A DNA stretch of 64,000 nucleotides from Anthoceros angustus (lineage: Eukaryota; Plantae; Anthocerotophyta). The stretch's first letter is position 1; each line of letters starts with the position of its first letter. A program made the position numbers and the translations under genes. The DNA is taken from assembly GCA_010909165.1 (NCBI GenBank), contig VJWM01000186.1:310001-374000 (forward strand), in the 5' to 3' direction. Shown here piece after piece: positions 1-13,164 of this stretch. The notes under the pieces were generated by a model. It was given only the letters and a program-made list of their open reading frames with translations. It was not told where the DNA came from and made no database searches.

Positions 1-107
1 CACAATGGTGTAGATGTTGATATAGATTATTAAAAGCGATTGGAGCGTAATCTGGGTTCAAACGACCTTGACGTGGCATGTTTTCTTCCATGCCATGAGT
101 TTTCAAT

Positions 108-3100
108 TATTCTAATGGCTTGCACCCACCTTCCTTGGACCATGGTGGAGGGAGAATTTTATTTGAGAGAAAGGGAACCATTGTCCTTGGTTCATGGCGA
201 GTTGTAAGATGGCCATGACCTTGTCATGGCATGGCACTTCCTTGGTCATCGCCACTCGAAATCGCATTGCAAACACTTGTCCTTGGGTCACGAAATGGTC
301 ATAAAAAGCGGGGACTATATATGGCATGCATGGAGGAATGGCATCGTGGACAAGGAAGGTTTCGTGTTTGTGCACGTGCACAAACAGTAGAAGGTGGCAT
401 GGCAAGGCAAGGAGCCATGGCATGGCATGCCACGTAGTCCCCTTCTTGGATGGAAGCACGCGAAGGATGGTCCTAGCGCAAGTGAGGTGGGCACGCTGGA
501 GAATGCGGATTCAAGTGAAGTGGAGGGTGGATGATCATCGCGTGGAGCGGAGGCGGCGAGAGAGGTGTCGGGTCTGGAGGAGCAACTTCCAGCGGCGTCT
601 CTGAGGGCGAGGCGGAAGCGCCGAGTGTCTCTAATAGGTGGGAGCTACTGGAGGCGCTTGCTGCGAGAATCCAAAACTTTCGAGGAGGAATGCCGGGGTG
701 ACATCGGGAGGAGGAGGAATTTGGCGTGAGTCAGGAGAAAGAGGACTGGTGATCGGGAGCATGGTGGTGCTGCCCAAGAGGCCGACCGTGTGGGTGGCGA
801 GAGAGGCCATTGGTCTTGTGGACCTTGTTGGTGGCGATGGATAACCCCAACAACGTGGGAGGAGGATGCCTGTGGAGGGAGGCTGCTGCCACAGGAGTGG
901 GAGTCTCTTGGAGGAGGCGGTTGCGGAGGCGGGCCAAGGGCAGCGTGCATATGATGGTCGGGAGGCGGTGAGGAGAAGGACAGGCGGCAATGATGGGGAA
1001 GCGAGAGGCGGATGTGGAGATGGCGGATGATGAGGTGGAGACGACATACCGACTACATTGCCACTACGAAATTGGAGGTGGGCGGTTGGCGGTAAGCCAC
1101 TAGGCATTGCCGTGTTGTGCATGGGCGTGGTGGAGTGTACATGGTGAGAGGTTATGCGATGGAGGTTGGGTGGAGAATGAGGAGTTGATTGGTTGGTGCG
1201 GCGTGGTGATATGTAGGACGTGAGCTCTAAGTGATGTGTGTGCATGGTGCGGGGAAGAAGGGAAGGAAAGTGGTGGAAGGTGAAGGCCATGTCGGGAAGG
1301 AAGGCACGATACTAGTGGAGAGAAGGAAGATGGAGGAAAGGTGGCAAGCGTCACCGTCAAGTGATCTTGGAATGGTGGATGATGTGGAACGATGGTGGGA
1401 ACGATGTGGGAGCGGGGACTGGAGATGGTGGGAAGGATGTGGAGGGAGCCTGGAGAGATGGTGGGGAACTGGATGGATGAGAGAATGCGGGCGCATGCGA
1501 ATGCAACTGAAAACAACCGTGGCGGTGGGCCGTTTGTGGAGGGAATGTGAATGTTGAGCCATTTTCTTGACGAGTCGCCCGATGCGTGGTGGACCGGTGA
1601 TGGTCAATCGGCAACAACAGATGGAATTGGTATTCCCACCTTTATAGCCTAGCATTTACAGGGTCCTTCGCCGTGAAAGTGGTGATTGAGGCTGGATAGG
1701 TCTAGGAAGTTGTGGAGGAACCACGAAAACAATGGTGTTGGTCTAAGAGTCACCAAGTGGCGCGCAAGGCATATGGCCATATCACTTGGAAGACGTACAT
1801 GTTTGTAGATAAAGCCAATTGCATCGGTGGCAACAAAGCCAATCTTTGAAAAGGGATAGAGGACGGCTTGTCCAAAATTCCAATTAATTTGTCAATAAAA
1901 TCAAACACTTATATATGCAAGGTATGAGAGAGTGAAGGGTTAGCACATACATATTACTATATATAAACAAGTCTTGACGCCTATATACATACGTATATCA
2001 TTATACAAAGGAGGCATATAAGTACACTAATATAATATATAAGTATAAGATGGATGTGTACATATATATGTACACATACTTACATACTTATGTCTTGAAG
2101 CCTATACATATATATGTATACAAAGGATATGCAAAGGAGGTAAAATAGGAAGGGAAGGACAGGGAGAGAGAGGTCCTTGTTACAATCATGTTGCAAGAGG
2201 AAGAGGGAAGAGTATAAAATGGTTGTGATAGGGAGGTCCTTCTCACGGTCATGATGGAGGAGGAGAAGTGAAAGAGTATAAAAGGGTGTGATAAGGGGGC
2301 AATAGCAGGTGAGGTGAGAGAGAGAGACCAAGCATTGTGTTAAGATGGGGTGAGAAGGTGGATAAGAAATTGACACCACAGACACCAAGCCACCAAAAGT
2401 GTTGCAATTTTGAAGTGGTACATGAAGTGAGAGACCAAGCATTGTGTTAGGATGGTGGGAGAAGGAAGAAAAATGGACCAACTTAACACCAAGCCATCAA
2501 AACATGTTGCAAGTTGGAAGTGTTACATAAAATTGCAACACGTAATAGGTGGGAAATTATTAATAATGCTTGTGAGAGAGGGTGTACCGGAAGGGTGAGG
2601 TGGGAGAGAGAGTGCCGGTTCGTGTTAAGATGGTGCGCAAGCAGGACGACTAACAAACTTAATACCAAGCCTCAAAACATGTTGCAATGTGGAAGTGTAA
2701 CAATTGCAACATCAACATAACATAAAATTGCCCTTTTCTAGTAGGAGAGGGTCTGAAATAAGACGTCCTGGTAATTCACCAACCCCAACACAATCTTCGC
2801 AAGAGCCTCACTTCAGCCTCCTTGATGCTATCCGTCTTCCGACCATTCTTGGCGGGCCTTCACCCTCCATCCATCATATCCGGGACCTCCTGAATTTACG
2901 TGAAATCCTCTTCCCTCCATTCGTCTCTTGAGGAGAGCAATTTAAGCTCTCCTCCTCCGCTTCCATACACTTGCCGAATGCTTGGATCGTCGCCCAGCGG
3001 ATCGTCAGATTCTCTCCCGGCGCAGGGGCTGCCCGTTGATGGAGGTTGATATAACACTCCTCAATCAATTCCAAATTAGTGTAGGCCCATTACGCCATAC

Positions 3101-6100
3101 ACCCATCCCAATTGGATGTTCTCCTCCTCTTGCCCATTGCACGAAATCCACCAAATCTCTGGATTGAGCTGCCGCAAAACACGTAAATTGGGGCATCACA
3201 GTTCATCTCCCACGGCGCATTCTCACGCCGCCTTCTTCCCTTGCCTCTCCTCAGGAAGAACCTTAGCGGGCAGTTCCTTTCCCTTGCCCTTTCGCCGAGG
3301 CATGATGGCGCCTTACTTCCCAAGGGCTTCAAGGTGTGGAAGAAATTACTTCCCAATTTGGACACCGGCAACCTCGGGCTTCGTTCCCAAGTGCTTCTCC
3401 TCCTCGCGACCGGCAGCAAAGCCCCCCCTAGAGTACAATTAGCAAGTCGCGGTAGCTTCCCAATTGCTACAAGTTTCCTCATGATTCCTCCTTCAGGGCA
3501 AGCCGCGTAAATAGTTGGAGCTCTTCGAGCCCTCAACTTCCACCGCGAGGCTTTGGATGGTCCAACCTCGCCTCCCCCTTAACAACTACCTCCGATACAT
3601 CGTGGCGTTTGAGAGCTCCTCCCACCCTCCTTTGGCAGGCAAGCCTGGAAGGTGCCTTCTCGTTCCACCGCGCTTGGCGTCCCTTTCTTTCCTTCCTCCT
3701 CTTTGCGCTCAACTCGTAGCTAGGGTTCTTCCTCCCCCTTAGCTGTCGCGCAAGCTCCTTTCTTTTCTTCGCGCTCAGTAGCGATGGCGATGGCGTTGGT
3801 GATGGCAACTTTCTCTTTCCGCCTTACGCTCCAGCTCCAGTCCCAGTTCTTCGCGAAGTGAGGATGCCTCCGTTCAAGAGAGAGTTGGCGCTGCCCAAAC
3901 TGCACTTTGCCCTCTGTGGATGCCTGCCACCTGGAGAGTTCCCAACCCTAGATCTGGTTCAACATCCTAAATTACCTAAGCCTACCTAAATTACCTATTT
4001 TCCTGCCCTATCCGCAACCCCAAATTAATCACCTTCTAATTAATCCTATTTATCTACTCCCCTATTGGTGAGCATATATAGTGGATATCCCCTATTCTAA
4101 TGGCTTGCACCCACCTTCCTTGGACCATGGTGGAGGGAGAATTTTATTTGAGAGAAAGGGAACCATTGTCCTTGGTTCATGGCGTTGTAAGATGGCCATG
4201 ACCTTGTGTCATGGCACTTCCTTGGTCATCGGCCACTCGAAATCGCATTGCAAACACTTGTCCTTGGGTCACGAAATGGTCATAAAAAGCGGGGACTATA
4301 TATGGCATGCATGGAGGAATGGCATCGTGGACAAGGAAGGTTTTGTTTGTGCCGTGCACAAACAAGTAGTGAGGAAGGTGGCATGGCAAGGCAGCCATGG
4401 CATGGCATGCCACGTAGTCCCCTTCTTGGATGGAAAGCGAAGGATGGTCCTAGCGGCAAGTGAGGTGGGCACACTGGAGAATGCGATTCAACCAAGTGGA
4501 GAGGGTGGATGATCATCGCGTGGGCGGAGGCGGCGAGAGGTGTCGGGTCGGAGGGAGCAACTTCCTTGGAGTCTCCGAGGACGATCGAGAAAGCGGCCGT
4601 GGGTGTCTCTAATAGGTGGGGAGCTAACTGGGTGCTTGCAGGAGAGAATCCAAAACTTTCGGAGGAGGAATCGGGCCGTGACATCGGGAGGAGGAGGAAT
4701 TTGGCGTGAGTCAGGAGAAAGAGGGGTGGTGATCGGGAGGAGCATGGTGGTGCTGCCCAAGAGGCCGACCGTGTGGTGGCGAGAGAGGCCATTGGTCTTG
4801 TGGACCTTCTCGGTGGCGATGGATAACCCCAACAACGTGGGAGGAGGATGCCTGTGGAGGAGGCTGCTGCCACAGGAGTGGGCGGTCTCTTGGAGGAGGC
4901 GGTTGCGGAGGCGGGCCAAGGAAGCGTGCATATGATGGTCGGAGGACGGTGAGGAGAAGGACACCGGTGGCGGCAATGATGGGGAAAGCGCAAGCGAGGC
5001 GGATGTGGAGATGGCGGATGATGAGGTGGAGACCGACATCACTACATTGCCACTACAGGAGGTGGATGGGCGGTTGGCGGTAAGCCACTACAGCGTCATT
5101 GCCGTGTTGTGCGGCATGGGCGTGGTGGAGTGTACATGGCGAGCGGTTGCGATGGAGGTTGGGTGGAGAATGAGTTGGTTGGTGCGGCGTGGTGATATGT
5201 AGGACGTGAGCTCTAAGTGATGTGTGTGCATGATGCGGGGAAGAAGGGAAGGAAAGGCGGTGGAAGGTGAAGGCCATGTCGAAGGAAGGCACGGATACTA
5301 GTGGAGAGAAGGAAGATGGAGGAAAGGTGGCAAGCAGTCAAACTGATCGGGAGCGTAGATGGTCTGAGCTAGATGGTGGGGAACTGGATGTGGGAGCGAG
5401 GGAGATGGTGGGGAACTGGATGTGGGAGCGGGAGCCGAGAGATGGTGGGGAACTGGATGGATGAGAGAATGCGGGGCGCATGCAACTGGAAAACAACTGG
5501 CGGTGGGCCGTTTGTGGAGGGAATGTGAATGTTGAGCCATTTTCTTGCGTATTTGGAGTCGCCCGATGCGTGGGTGGACCGGTGATGGTCAATCGGCAAC
5601 AAGCAGATGGAATTGGTATTCCCACCTTTATAGCCTAGCATTTACAGGGTCCTTCGCCGTGAAAGTGGTGATTGAGGCTGGATAGGTCTAGGAAGTTGTG
5701 GAGGAACCACGAAAACAATGGTGTTGGTCGAAGAGTCACCAAGTGGCGTCGCAAGGCATATGGCCATATCACTTGGAAGGCGTACATGTTTGTAGATAAA
5801 GCCAATTGCATCGGTGGCAACAAAGCCACGATCTTTGAAAAAAAGAGGGCGCTTGAACTCCAAAATTCCAATTAATTTGTCAATAAAATCAAACACTTAT
5901 ATATGCAAGGTATGAGAGTGACGTAAGGGTTAGCACATACATATTACTATATAAACAAGTCTTGACGCCTATATACATATATATATATATATACAAAGGA
6001 GGCATATAAGTACACTAATATAATATATAATGATGGATGTGTACATATATATGTACACATACTTACATACTTATGTCTTGAAGCCTATATACATATATAT

Positions 6101-8190
6101 GTATACAAAGGATATGCAAAGGAGGTAAAATAGGAAGGGAAGGACAGCCCCAAGGAGAGAGGTCCTTGTTACAATCATGTTGTGAAAGAGAGGGAAGAGT
6201 ATAAAATGGTTGTGATAGGGGAGGTCCTTCTCACGGTCATGATGGAGGAGGAGAAGTGAAAGAGTATAAAAGGGTGTGATAAGGGGCAATAAATAGCAGG
6301 GTGAGGTGAGAGGAGAGAGACCAAGCATTGTGTTAAGATGGGGTGAGAAGGTGGATAAGAAATTGACACCACAACACCAAGCCACCAAAAGTGTTGCAAT
6401 TTTGAAGTGGTACATGAAGTGAGAGACCAAGCATTGTGTTAGGATGGTGGGAGAAGGAAGAGAAAAATGGACCAACTTAACACCAAGCCATCAAAACATG
6501 TTGCAAGTTGGAAGTGTTACATAAAATTGCAACACGGTATAATAAGGCGGTGGGAAATTATTAATAATGCTTGTGAGAGAGGGTGTACGGAAGGGTGAGG
6601 TGGGAAGAGAGAGTGCAGTTCGTGTTAAGATGTTTGCACCAAGCGAGGGAACTAACAAACTTAATACCAAGCCTCAAAAATATGTTGCAATGTGGAAGTG
6701 TAACAAAAAATTGCAACATCAACTGTAACATGGGGTGCCCTTTTCTAGTAGGGGGAGGAAGTTGGTGCTGAAATAAGACGTCCGTTGGTAATTCACCAAC
6801 CCCAACACAATCTTCGCAAAGAGCCTCCACTTCAGCTCCTTGATGCTATCCGTCTTCCAGCCATTCTTGGCGTGGGCCTTCACCCCTCCATCCATCATAT
6901 CCAGACCTCCTGCGGAATTTCTGTGAGGGAAATCCTCTTCCCTCCATTCGTCCTCTCGAGGAGAGCAATTCCTAAGCTCTCCTCCTCCGCCCATATCTTG
7001 CCGAATGCTTGGATCGGGCCAGCGATCGTCCGGCATTCCTTCCCGTAACGCTACGGGTGCTTCCGATTGATGGAGGTTGATATAACACTCCTCAATCAAT
7101 TCCAAATTAGTGTAGGCCCATTGGCGGCCATACACCCATCCCAATTGGATGTTCTCCTCCTCTGCCCATTGCCTGAAATCCACCAAATCTCTGGGATTGA
7201 GCTGCCCTGCAAAACACGTAAATTGGGGCATCACAAGTTCATCTCCCCCTGGCGGCGCAGCCTCCGCTGCCGCCTTCTTCCCCTTGCCTCCTCGCGAGGA
7301 AGAACCCTTGGCAGGCAGTTCCTTTCCCTTGCCCTTTCCTGCTCGAGGCATGATGGCGTCTTACTTCCCAAGGGCTTCAAGGTGTGGAAGAAATTACTTC
7401 CCAATTTCGGACACTGGCAACCTCAGGGCTTCGTTCCCAAGTGCTTCTCCTCCTCGCGACCGGCAGCAAAGCCCCCCCTAGAGTACAATTACAACGTTAG
7501 TCCTGGGCAGCGCTTCCCAATTGCTACCAAGTTTCCTCGCGATTCCTCCTTCCAGGGCAAAGCGCCGCCAGTAAATAGTTGCGGAGCTCTTCCTGGAGCC
7601 CTCAACTTCCACTGTCGCGAGGCTTTGGATGGTCCAACCTCGTGCCTCCTGCCCTTAACAACTACCTCCGATACTCGTGGCGTTTAGAGAGCTCCTCCCA
7701 CCCTCCTTTGGCAGCGCACAGCGCCTGGAAGGTGCCTTCTCGTTCCACAGCGCTTGGCGTCCCTCTCTTTCCTTCCTCCTCTTTGCGCTCAACTCGTAAC
7801 TAGGGTTCTTCCTCCCCTTCAGCTGGCGCGCAATCTCCTTTCTCTTCTTCGCGCTCAGCAGCGATGGCGATGGCGATGGCGTTGGTGATGGCAACCTTCC
7901 TTCTCTCTTTTCGCCTTACGCTCCAGCTCCCGGCCCAGTTCAGGGTGAGGATGCCTCCATTCAAGAAGAGAGTTGGCGCGCCCAAAGCGCACTTTGCCCT
8001 CTGTGGATGACTACCACCTGGAGAGTTCCCAACCCTAGATCTGGTTCAACATCCTAAATTACCTAAGCCTACCTAAATTACCTATTTTCCTGCCCTATCC
8101 GCAACCCCAAATTAATCACCTTCTAATTAATCCTATTTATCTACTCCCCTATTGGTGAGCATATACAGTGGATATCCCCCCTATTCTAAT
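108..8190. repeat. ~4-kb direct tandem duplication (units 108-4092 and 4093-8181)
   Basis: Near-identical units. The anchor TATTCTAAT occurs at 108, 4093 and 8182. Copies differ mainly by small indels. Confidence 0.93.
6719..7351 (-). pseudogene. Truncated gypsy extra 3' ORF (Athila/Tat extra-ORF-like)
   Basis: 210-aa ORF homologous to 39709-40531, cut after VNYQRTSYF. Confidence 0.65.
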
Positions 8191-8520
8191 TTCCTTTTCG
8201 GCGAGACCTGTCGACCTACCATGGTAGTCGCCACCACGTGGTAGTCCACTACCGGTTGCTCGCGTACCTCGGGTGGTGTGGCCACGCGGTAGTTCACGCT
8301 ACCGCCCTTCGGACTGCCTTCTGCTAAGGGTCATTTTGACCCGTTCTTTTCCCTGGGATATCCTCTCTGCCTCCCTAACAATATCCTACAACTCCAGCTT
8401 CAAGGATTTCAGAAAATTCCTTGGCATGATCCCCTTCAATCGTTTTTAGCCAAAAAAAATCAAATTCGTTCGTCCTCTGGCTCTTTTGGACTGGTTGCCC
8501 AAACTTTTGCATTCCACAGT
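6770..8520 (-). mobile_element. 3' internal region of a Ty3/gypsy element, same family as 38600-41450; partial duplicate at ~2750-4092
   Basis: Reverse complement matches 38630-40300, including the MPRAGKGKGKE...QLGWVYGRQWAYTNLELIEECYINLHQ ORF. Confidence 0.8.
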
Positions 8521-8530
8521 CGGGCACCGG

Positions 8531-11288
8531 TGCAAGGTGATGACCGGAGTACAGACACAAAACAATACGGTTGACAACAACACTCAACTGCAGAGATTAA
8601 CTTGGACGACGGCCGAACAAGTTGAGCAATACCAAGCTTGCTGTGGAACTTCGGTTAAGGGAGGCTGCAAACAGAAGAGATGAAAGCCTCTGTTGCACTG
8701 GTCACACAGCAGCATAGCATCTTCATCGTCCACCCGGCTGCAAATCTCACATGCTAAATCCGGGGGCGGTCACCACATGGTGGGGCTAATCTCTAGATCT
8801 AAATTAGGCAGATGACCAAGTGCCAAATTCTTCAAATGCTCATGCTATGTACGTCCATCGGAGCCCTCTAACTCCACAACGCTAGAATCACGTACAACAA
8901 CCACTCGCATGATGATGCGACCCATGCCTACATCTGTGAAGGATGTGAAAGATGTGGAGGTTGTGCAAGCGGTTGTTGCCAAAACTGAATGAATAATACA
9001 ATACAAAATGATTACAAAAATGTGTTTAAATACTCATGACCTAGAGTCATGTTATTTCACTTCAACTAAAAATATTTAATCTAAATTAAATATATACAAC
9101 CCTAAGTGTGACAGAGCTTGTTATCTTAACACTCCCTCTCAAGCTTCACGCTTAGGTAACAGTTTGTCCAAAGCAGTCTCCACAAAACAAAACAAAGCAA
9201 ATAGTCCACAGGCCAATGATTCTCCATGCATGGGGCGTCCCCCACTCTGTGGTAGAAAACACATGTGCCAGCGGCGTAGTTGCAGCAGCGCTGAATTTGA
9301 AGAAAAACTTATGAACAAACAACTTGAAGATAAATAACTCACGACTGGTTGTCTGCATGTAGCTTCATCCACTAAGTTATCTGCTCCCCCTGTATTACGT
9401 GCAATTCACATATGCTGAGTAATCACCCAGCCCTAAGCCATCCATATGCTTATAGTGTTTTGGCTTTGAAAGTGCTTTGGTTAGAATGTCGGCCACATTA
9501 TCATCTGCTCCAACAAAGCTAACCTTGTTACCCTCTATCCACAGATCCCGATGTAGTGATGGGATATCTCTATATGCTTGGTGCGCGTGGAAGCGAGGTT
9601 AGCAACCAAAGCAAGCGACATGTTGTCACAAAGTATGGGGTAGGGTCTCAGTGTAAGTCTTGTAAAACCTCCTCTCCCATTCAGCCTCCTTGGTGGCTTC
9701 AGTGAGAGATTTATACTCTGCCTCCATTGAAGACAAAGATATAGAGGGTTGTTTCTTGCAACTCCAATTAATGGCAGCTCTTGCAAGAAGAAAGCAATAT
9801 GTGGAGAGGCTGCGACGAGAGTCAGCATCAGACGCCCAATCGGCATCTGTAAAACCTTGTAGAATGAGTTTAGCCTTGCCACTACGCTTATATATGAGCC
9901 CATGTGTCAAAGTGCCTTTTAAGTATCTGAAAATACGCTTGACGGCAACCCAATGAGCCCTGCCCGGATGTTCTAGAAACTGCGACACTGTGCTTACAGC
10001 ATACTGAATATCAGGTCGGGTCCAATTCGCCACAAAAATGAGACTTCCGACTGCGTGTCTATATGGAACATCCTGCATATCCAAGCTGCTCCTCCGGGTT
10101 TGCGCATTGAAGACTAGTGAGCTTCACACCCATAGCTGGAGTAGTGGCTGTCGTGCTCCATATGAAACTTAGTCAAAATTTCCTTGATGTACTTGTTTTG
10201 ATGTATGGCCATCACCCCATCAGCTCTCACCAACTGGATCCCTAAACAAAACTTCAAGTCACCAATATCCTTCATTTCAAATTTGTTAGATAAAAGCTGC
10301 TTGACATATTCTAAAAGGGTCTTGTCATTTGTGGCTAATATTACGTCATCAACATATAAAGCCAAAATGACGTATGAGGAGCCTTGGGTAAGCATGTATA
10401 TATTGGAATCAGCAGTACTTTGTACAAAGTTAATTTCCAATAAATAAACATGCATGGTAAAGTACCATACTCTACCAGATTGCTTGAGGCCATAAATACA
10501 CTTGAAAAGTTTTAAAACTTTGTTGGGGTATTTAGAATCAACATACCCCTCAGGTTGTTGCATATAAAGTTCCTCCTCAAGCTTGCCGTACAAATACGTT
10601 GTGCAAACATCCATTTGATGCAGATACAAATCATGTTCCGTTGCCATAGCAAGTAACATCCTAATGGATTGAGATCTAACCACAGGACTGAATGTCTCTT
10701 GATAATCTAGGCCTTCAACCTGCGTGAATCCCCTAGCAACGAGTCGAGATTTATAACGTGCTATCTCTCCTTTCGAGTTGAGCTTGTGCTTGAAAACCCA
10801 CTTGCGAGATGGGTTTTTGCCGTGGCAAATCCACTAACTTCCAAGTATTGTTCTTGATCAAGGATTGATACTCATCCTCTCTCGATATCGCCACTTGTCA
10901 CCATCGAGCGCAGGCTTGCTTCAAAGATTGGCTCGAGGATGGCGGCGGCAAGTGATGTGGAAGTGTTGCGAAAATCTATAGACTCATAGGGGGGCTCAAT
11001 CCACTCGGCTCTAGGTGGTCTTTGGCGGGTGGATCTGCGCAACTCAAGTTCTGGTGGGACTTCTACAACCTGTGGCGATATGACGTCTGGCTCTAAAGCA
11101 GGTTCATGGTCATCCTGAATAAGGTCAGGAACTACATCTTCCATGAGAGGTTCGGTCATGTAATGTCATCTTGGATATCTGTGCATCTAAAACAGGCGGA
11201 GGGTTAGCTGGAAACTCATCATCTTGTGGATACATAGCAGGTACCTCATCAGTGTCCTGCTCATCATCACGATCAGCGGTGCAGCTGC
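8531..11288 (-). mobile_element. Ty1/copia 3' half (RT, RNase H, PPT, 3' LTR)
   Basis: PPT GAGAGGGAG (9132-9140, minus) abuts LTR start TGTTAAGATAA at 9131. Probable LTR end near 8531. Cut at 11289 by another LTR. Confidence 0.85.
9395..10890 (-). pseudogene. Copia reverse transcriptase-RNase H, frameshifted
   Basis: HQMDVCTTYLYG, YGLKQSGRVW, LYVDD, GFTDADWA, SSMEAEY, RTKHIEI. Confidence 0.93.
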
Positions 11289-11488
11289 TGTAAGAGGGTG
11301 AGTAGAGGGCGCCTTGCTCGTTTAGAAGGCTGAGAAGTTGTGCCTCTGCAGGTAGCGGTCGGGTATCACAAGACCTCGAACTTTCACACGAGTCTCATGG
11401 GGCGAAACCCAACGTACGAAGCGACAGTGGGATAGGTGTGGCCAAGGGGAAGCCACGGAGCCCGGGTTTTCCCCACATTTTGGCGCTA
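11289..11488 (+). mobile_element. Short (~190 bp) LTR TGTAAG...CCCACA followed by TGGCGC-type PBS
   Basis: TG at 11289, CA at 11476-11477, then TTT-TGGCGCTA. The same LTR recurs inverted at ~43309-43500 and 43927-44124. Confidence 0.65.
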
Positions 11489-12380
11489 TTGGGATTTATT
11501 CTTGAAAGGTTGAAGTTTTGTGGTTCCATCGCTGTAATGTTTTCAAGGGACCCAGGGTTGACCATATGTTGTGAAAAAGAACTTCGTGCCCTCTAAGGTA
11601 TCATCATAGGGGTGAGCGGTTGAGACACTAAAGGTGTGATTTGCTTCCTTCTTAACAAGCGTGGGTTGGAGGACATGAGGATGCTTGCGATGCAGTGGGG
11701 GCGGTCTCGAGGAGAAGCGGAAGGTCGCGCTCGCTCTACCTGCAGAGATTTGCGCGGAGAATCGTTTGAGAGAAGAAATTGCTGCCGTCACCATCGACGG
11801 CGGGGAGGAAAAGCGACGGGCGATTGGAGAGAGCCCGTCTTGCGGCCCACGAAGGAGGCGGTGGTGGTGATGGAGGATCGAGAAAGGGAGAAGGCGGAGC
11901 TCGCGATAGCGAGAGAGGAGGTTGTGGAGGAAGTGTTGGCGTCGAGGCGAGGAGGAACATCCTCCCGGCGCGACCACACTGCGACCGTCGCGAATTTCCA
12001 TGTTGGACCTTGCGTGTGAATCCACATGTGGCCCGGCGGCGGCAGCGGTCGTGGCGGTGGGGAGTTCAGGCTGATCGGAGGACTTGGTGACGCCTCGATT
12101 GTATCCTTTGCTCGGCTCGATCTTTGGGGCCGGACCGAAGTAGCTACTCCTCTGTCGGTTCGAATTTGTACCCAAAGATCGAGCATTTTACGGTCCGAGG
12201 AAGAAGAAGCATAGTGTAGCGGCCGGGGCGAGCAACATGAGTGGAGCCCTTTGGCGGAGGAGGGCCGACTCCATAATTAACAATACGTCAAATTTGGCGA
12301 GAAGAAGAAGGAAGATAGCGGCGTTTGGCTTGAGAACTTGAGCACGTCTCCTCGCTAATTTGGAGGATGGAGTCATTCGA

Positions 12381-12648
12381 TCGATAAAATATATTAGGGT
12401 TAGGGCACTATTCATTGGGCACCTAACTTTAACATTATTATATGCCTAGGGCATTAAGTAGTTACTAGTTAGTTGATCTAGGTAGTTAGTAGTTATAGTA
12501 GTTACAACTACTAGGCGGTTACAACTACTTATGGTTGTAACCACCTAACCACCTAACCACCTCGCCTATAAATAGGCTTTGTACTTTCTATTAAATCAAT
12601 TGTATATAAGCATCTTTTGCTTAAGGAGTTTGTGTGTGATTTTCATCA
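12381..12648 (+). repeat. 5' LTR of copia 1
   Basis: Ends ...CATCA immediately before the PBS. TATAAATA box at ~12567. Homologous to the copia 2 LTR. Confidence 0.8.
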
Positions 12649-13164
12649 TGGTATCACACGCTCCTCGTGCTTGACCACTCTTGCTTGCTTATGCTCATGG
12701 CACTCTCCTCCCAATGCATTCTATTTTAGCTCTTCTATCAAGATCATGCGATGGAAATTTTGTTTTGAGCGAAAACATTTGGTGATCGACAATACTTTAA
12801 GGATGCACTTTGTGCACAATCTCGCCCGCCTCCATGGATTTCCCCAATCTTAGCGCATAAGAGTATAGGGAGAAGATCAAGGCTTGAAGAAGAAGAGACA
12901 ACAACACATCGGATCATACGCAACACGGGAGGAGGATTTTGATCTTAACGCTCCGAAATTGATGTTGTTGAAGCTCAAGTGTATTGTCTCATTGAAGCCT
13001 CGTATCTAAATCTATAGATCGAGTAAGTAATATAAATTATGCTGCAGATTCTCGATGATGATGACTCATTTTAATATGAAATCATGCGCCGCCACGCCTT
13101 TTCTTCGATACACCATTCGAGAAGGCGTGTCAAAGACGGCGAATGCATTAATAAACTCACCGCA

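Noticed and set aside
631-1655. Pro/Ser/His-rich ORFs as host genes (likewise many ORFs at 11500-12200, 33000-37000 and 44900-45800)
   Set aside because: Overlapping stop-poor frames in purine/pyrimidine-skewed repeat DNA, with no recognisable domains. Frames are not conserved between duplicates.
12649-12660. tRNA gene fragments at the TGGTATC and TGGCGC sites
   Set aside because: These are primer-binding sites next to LTRs. No cloverleaf is present, and no tRNA or rRNA genes were seen in the window.
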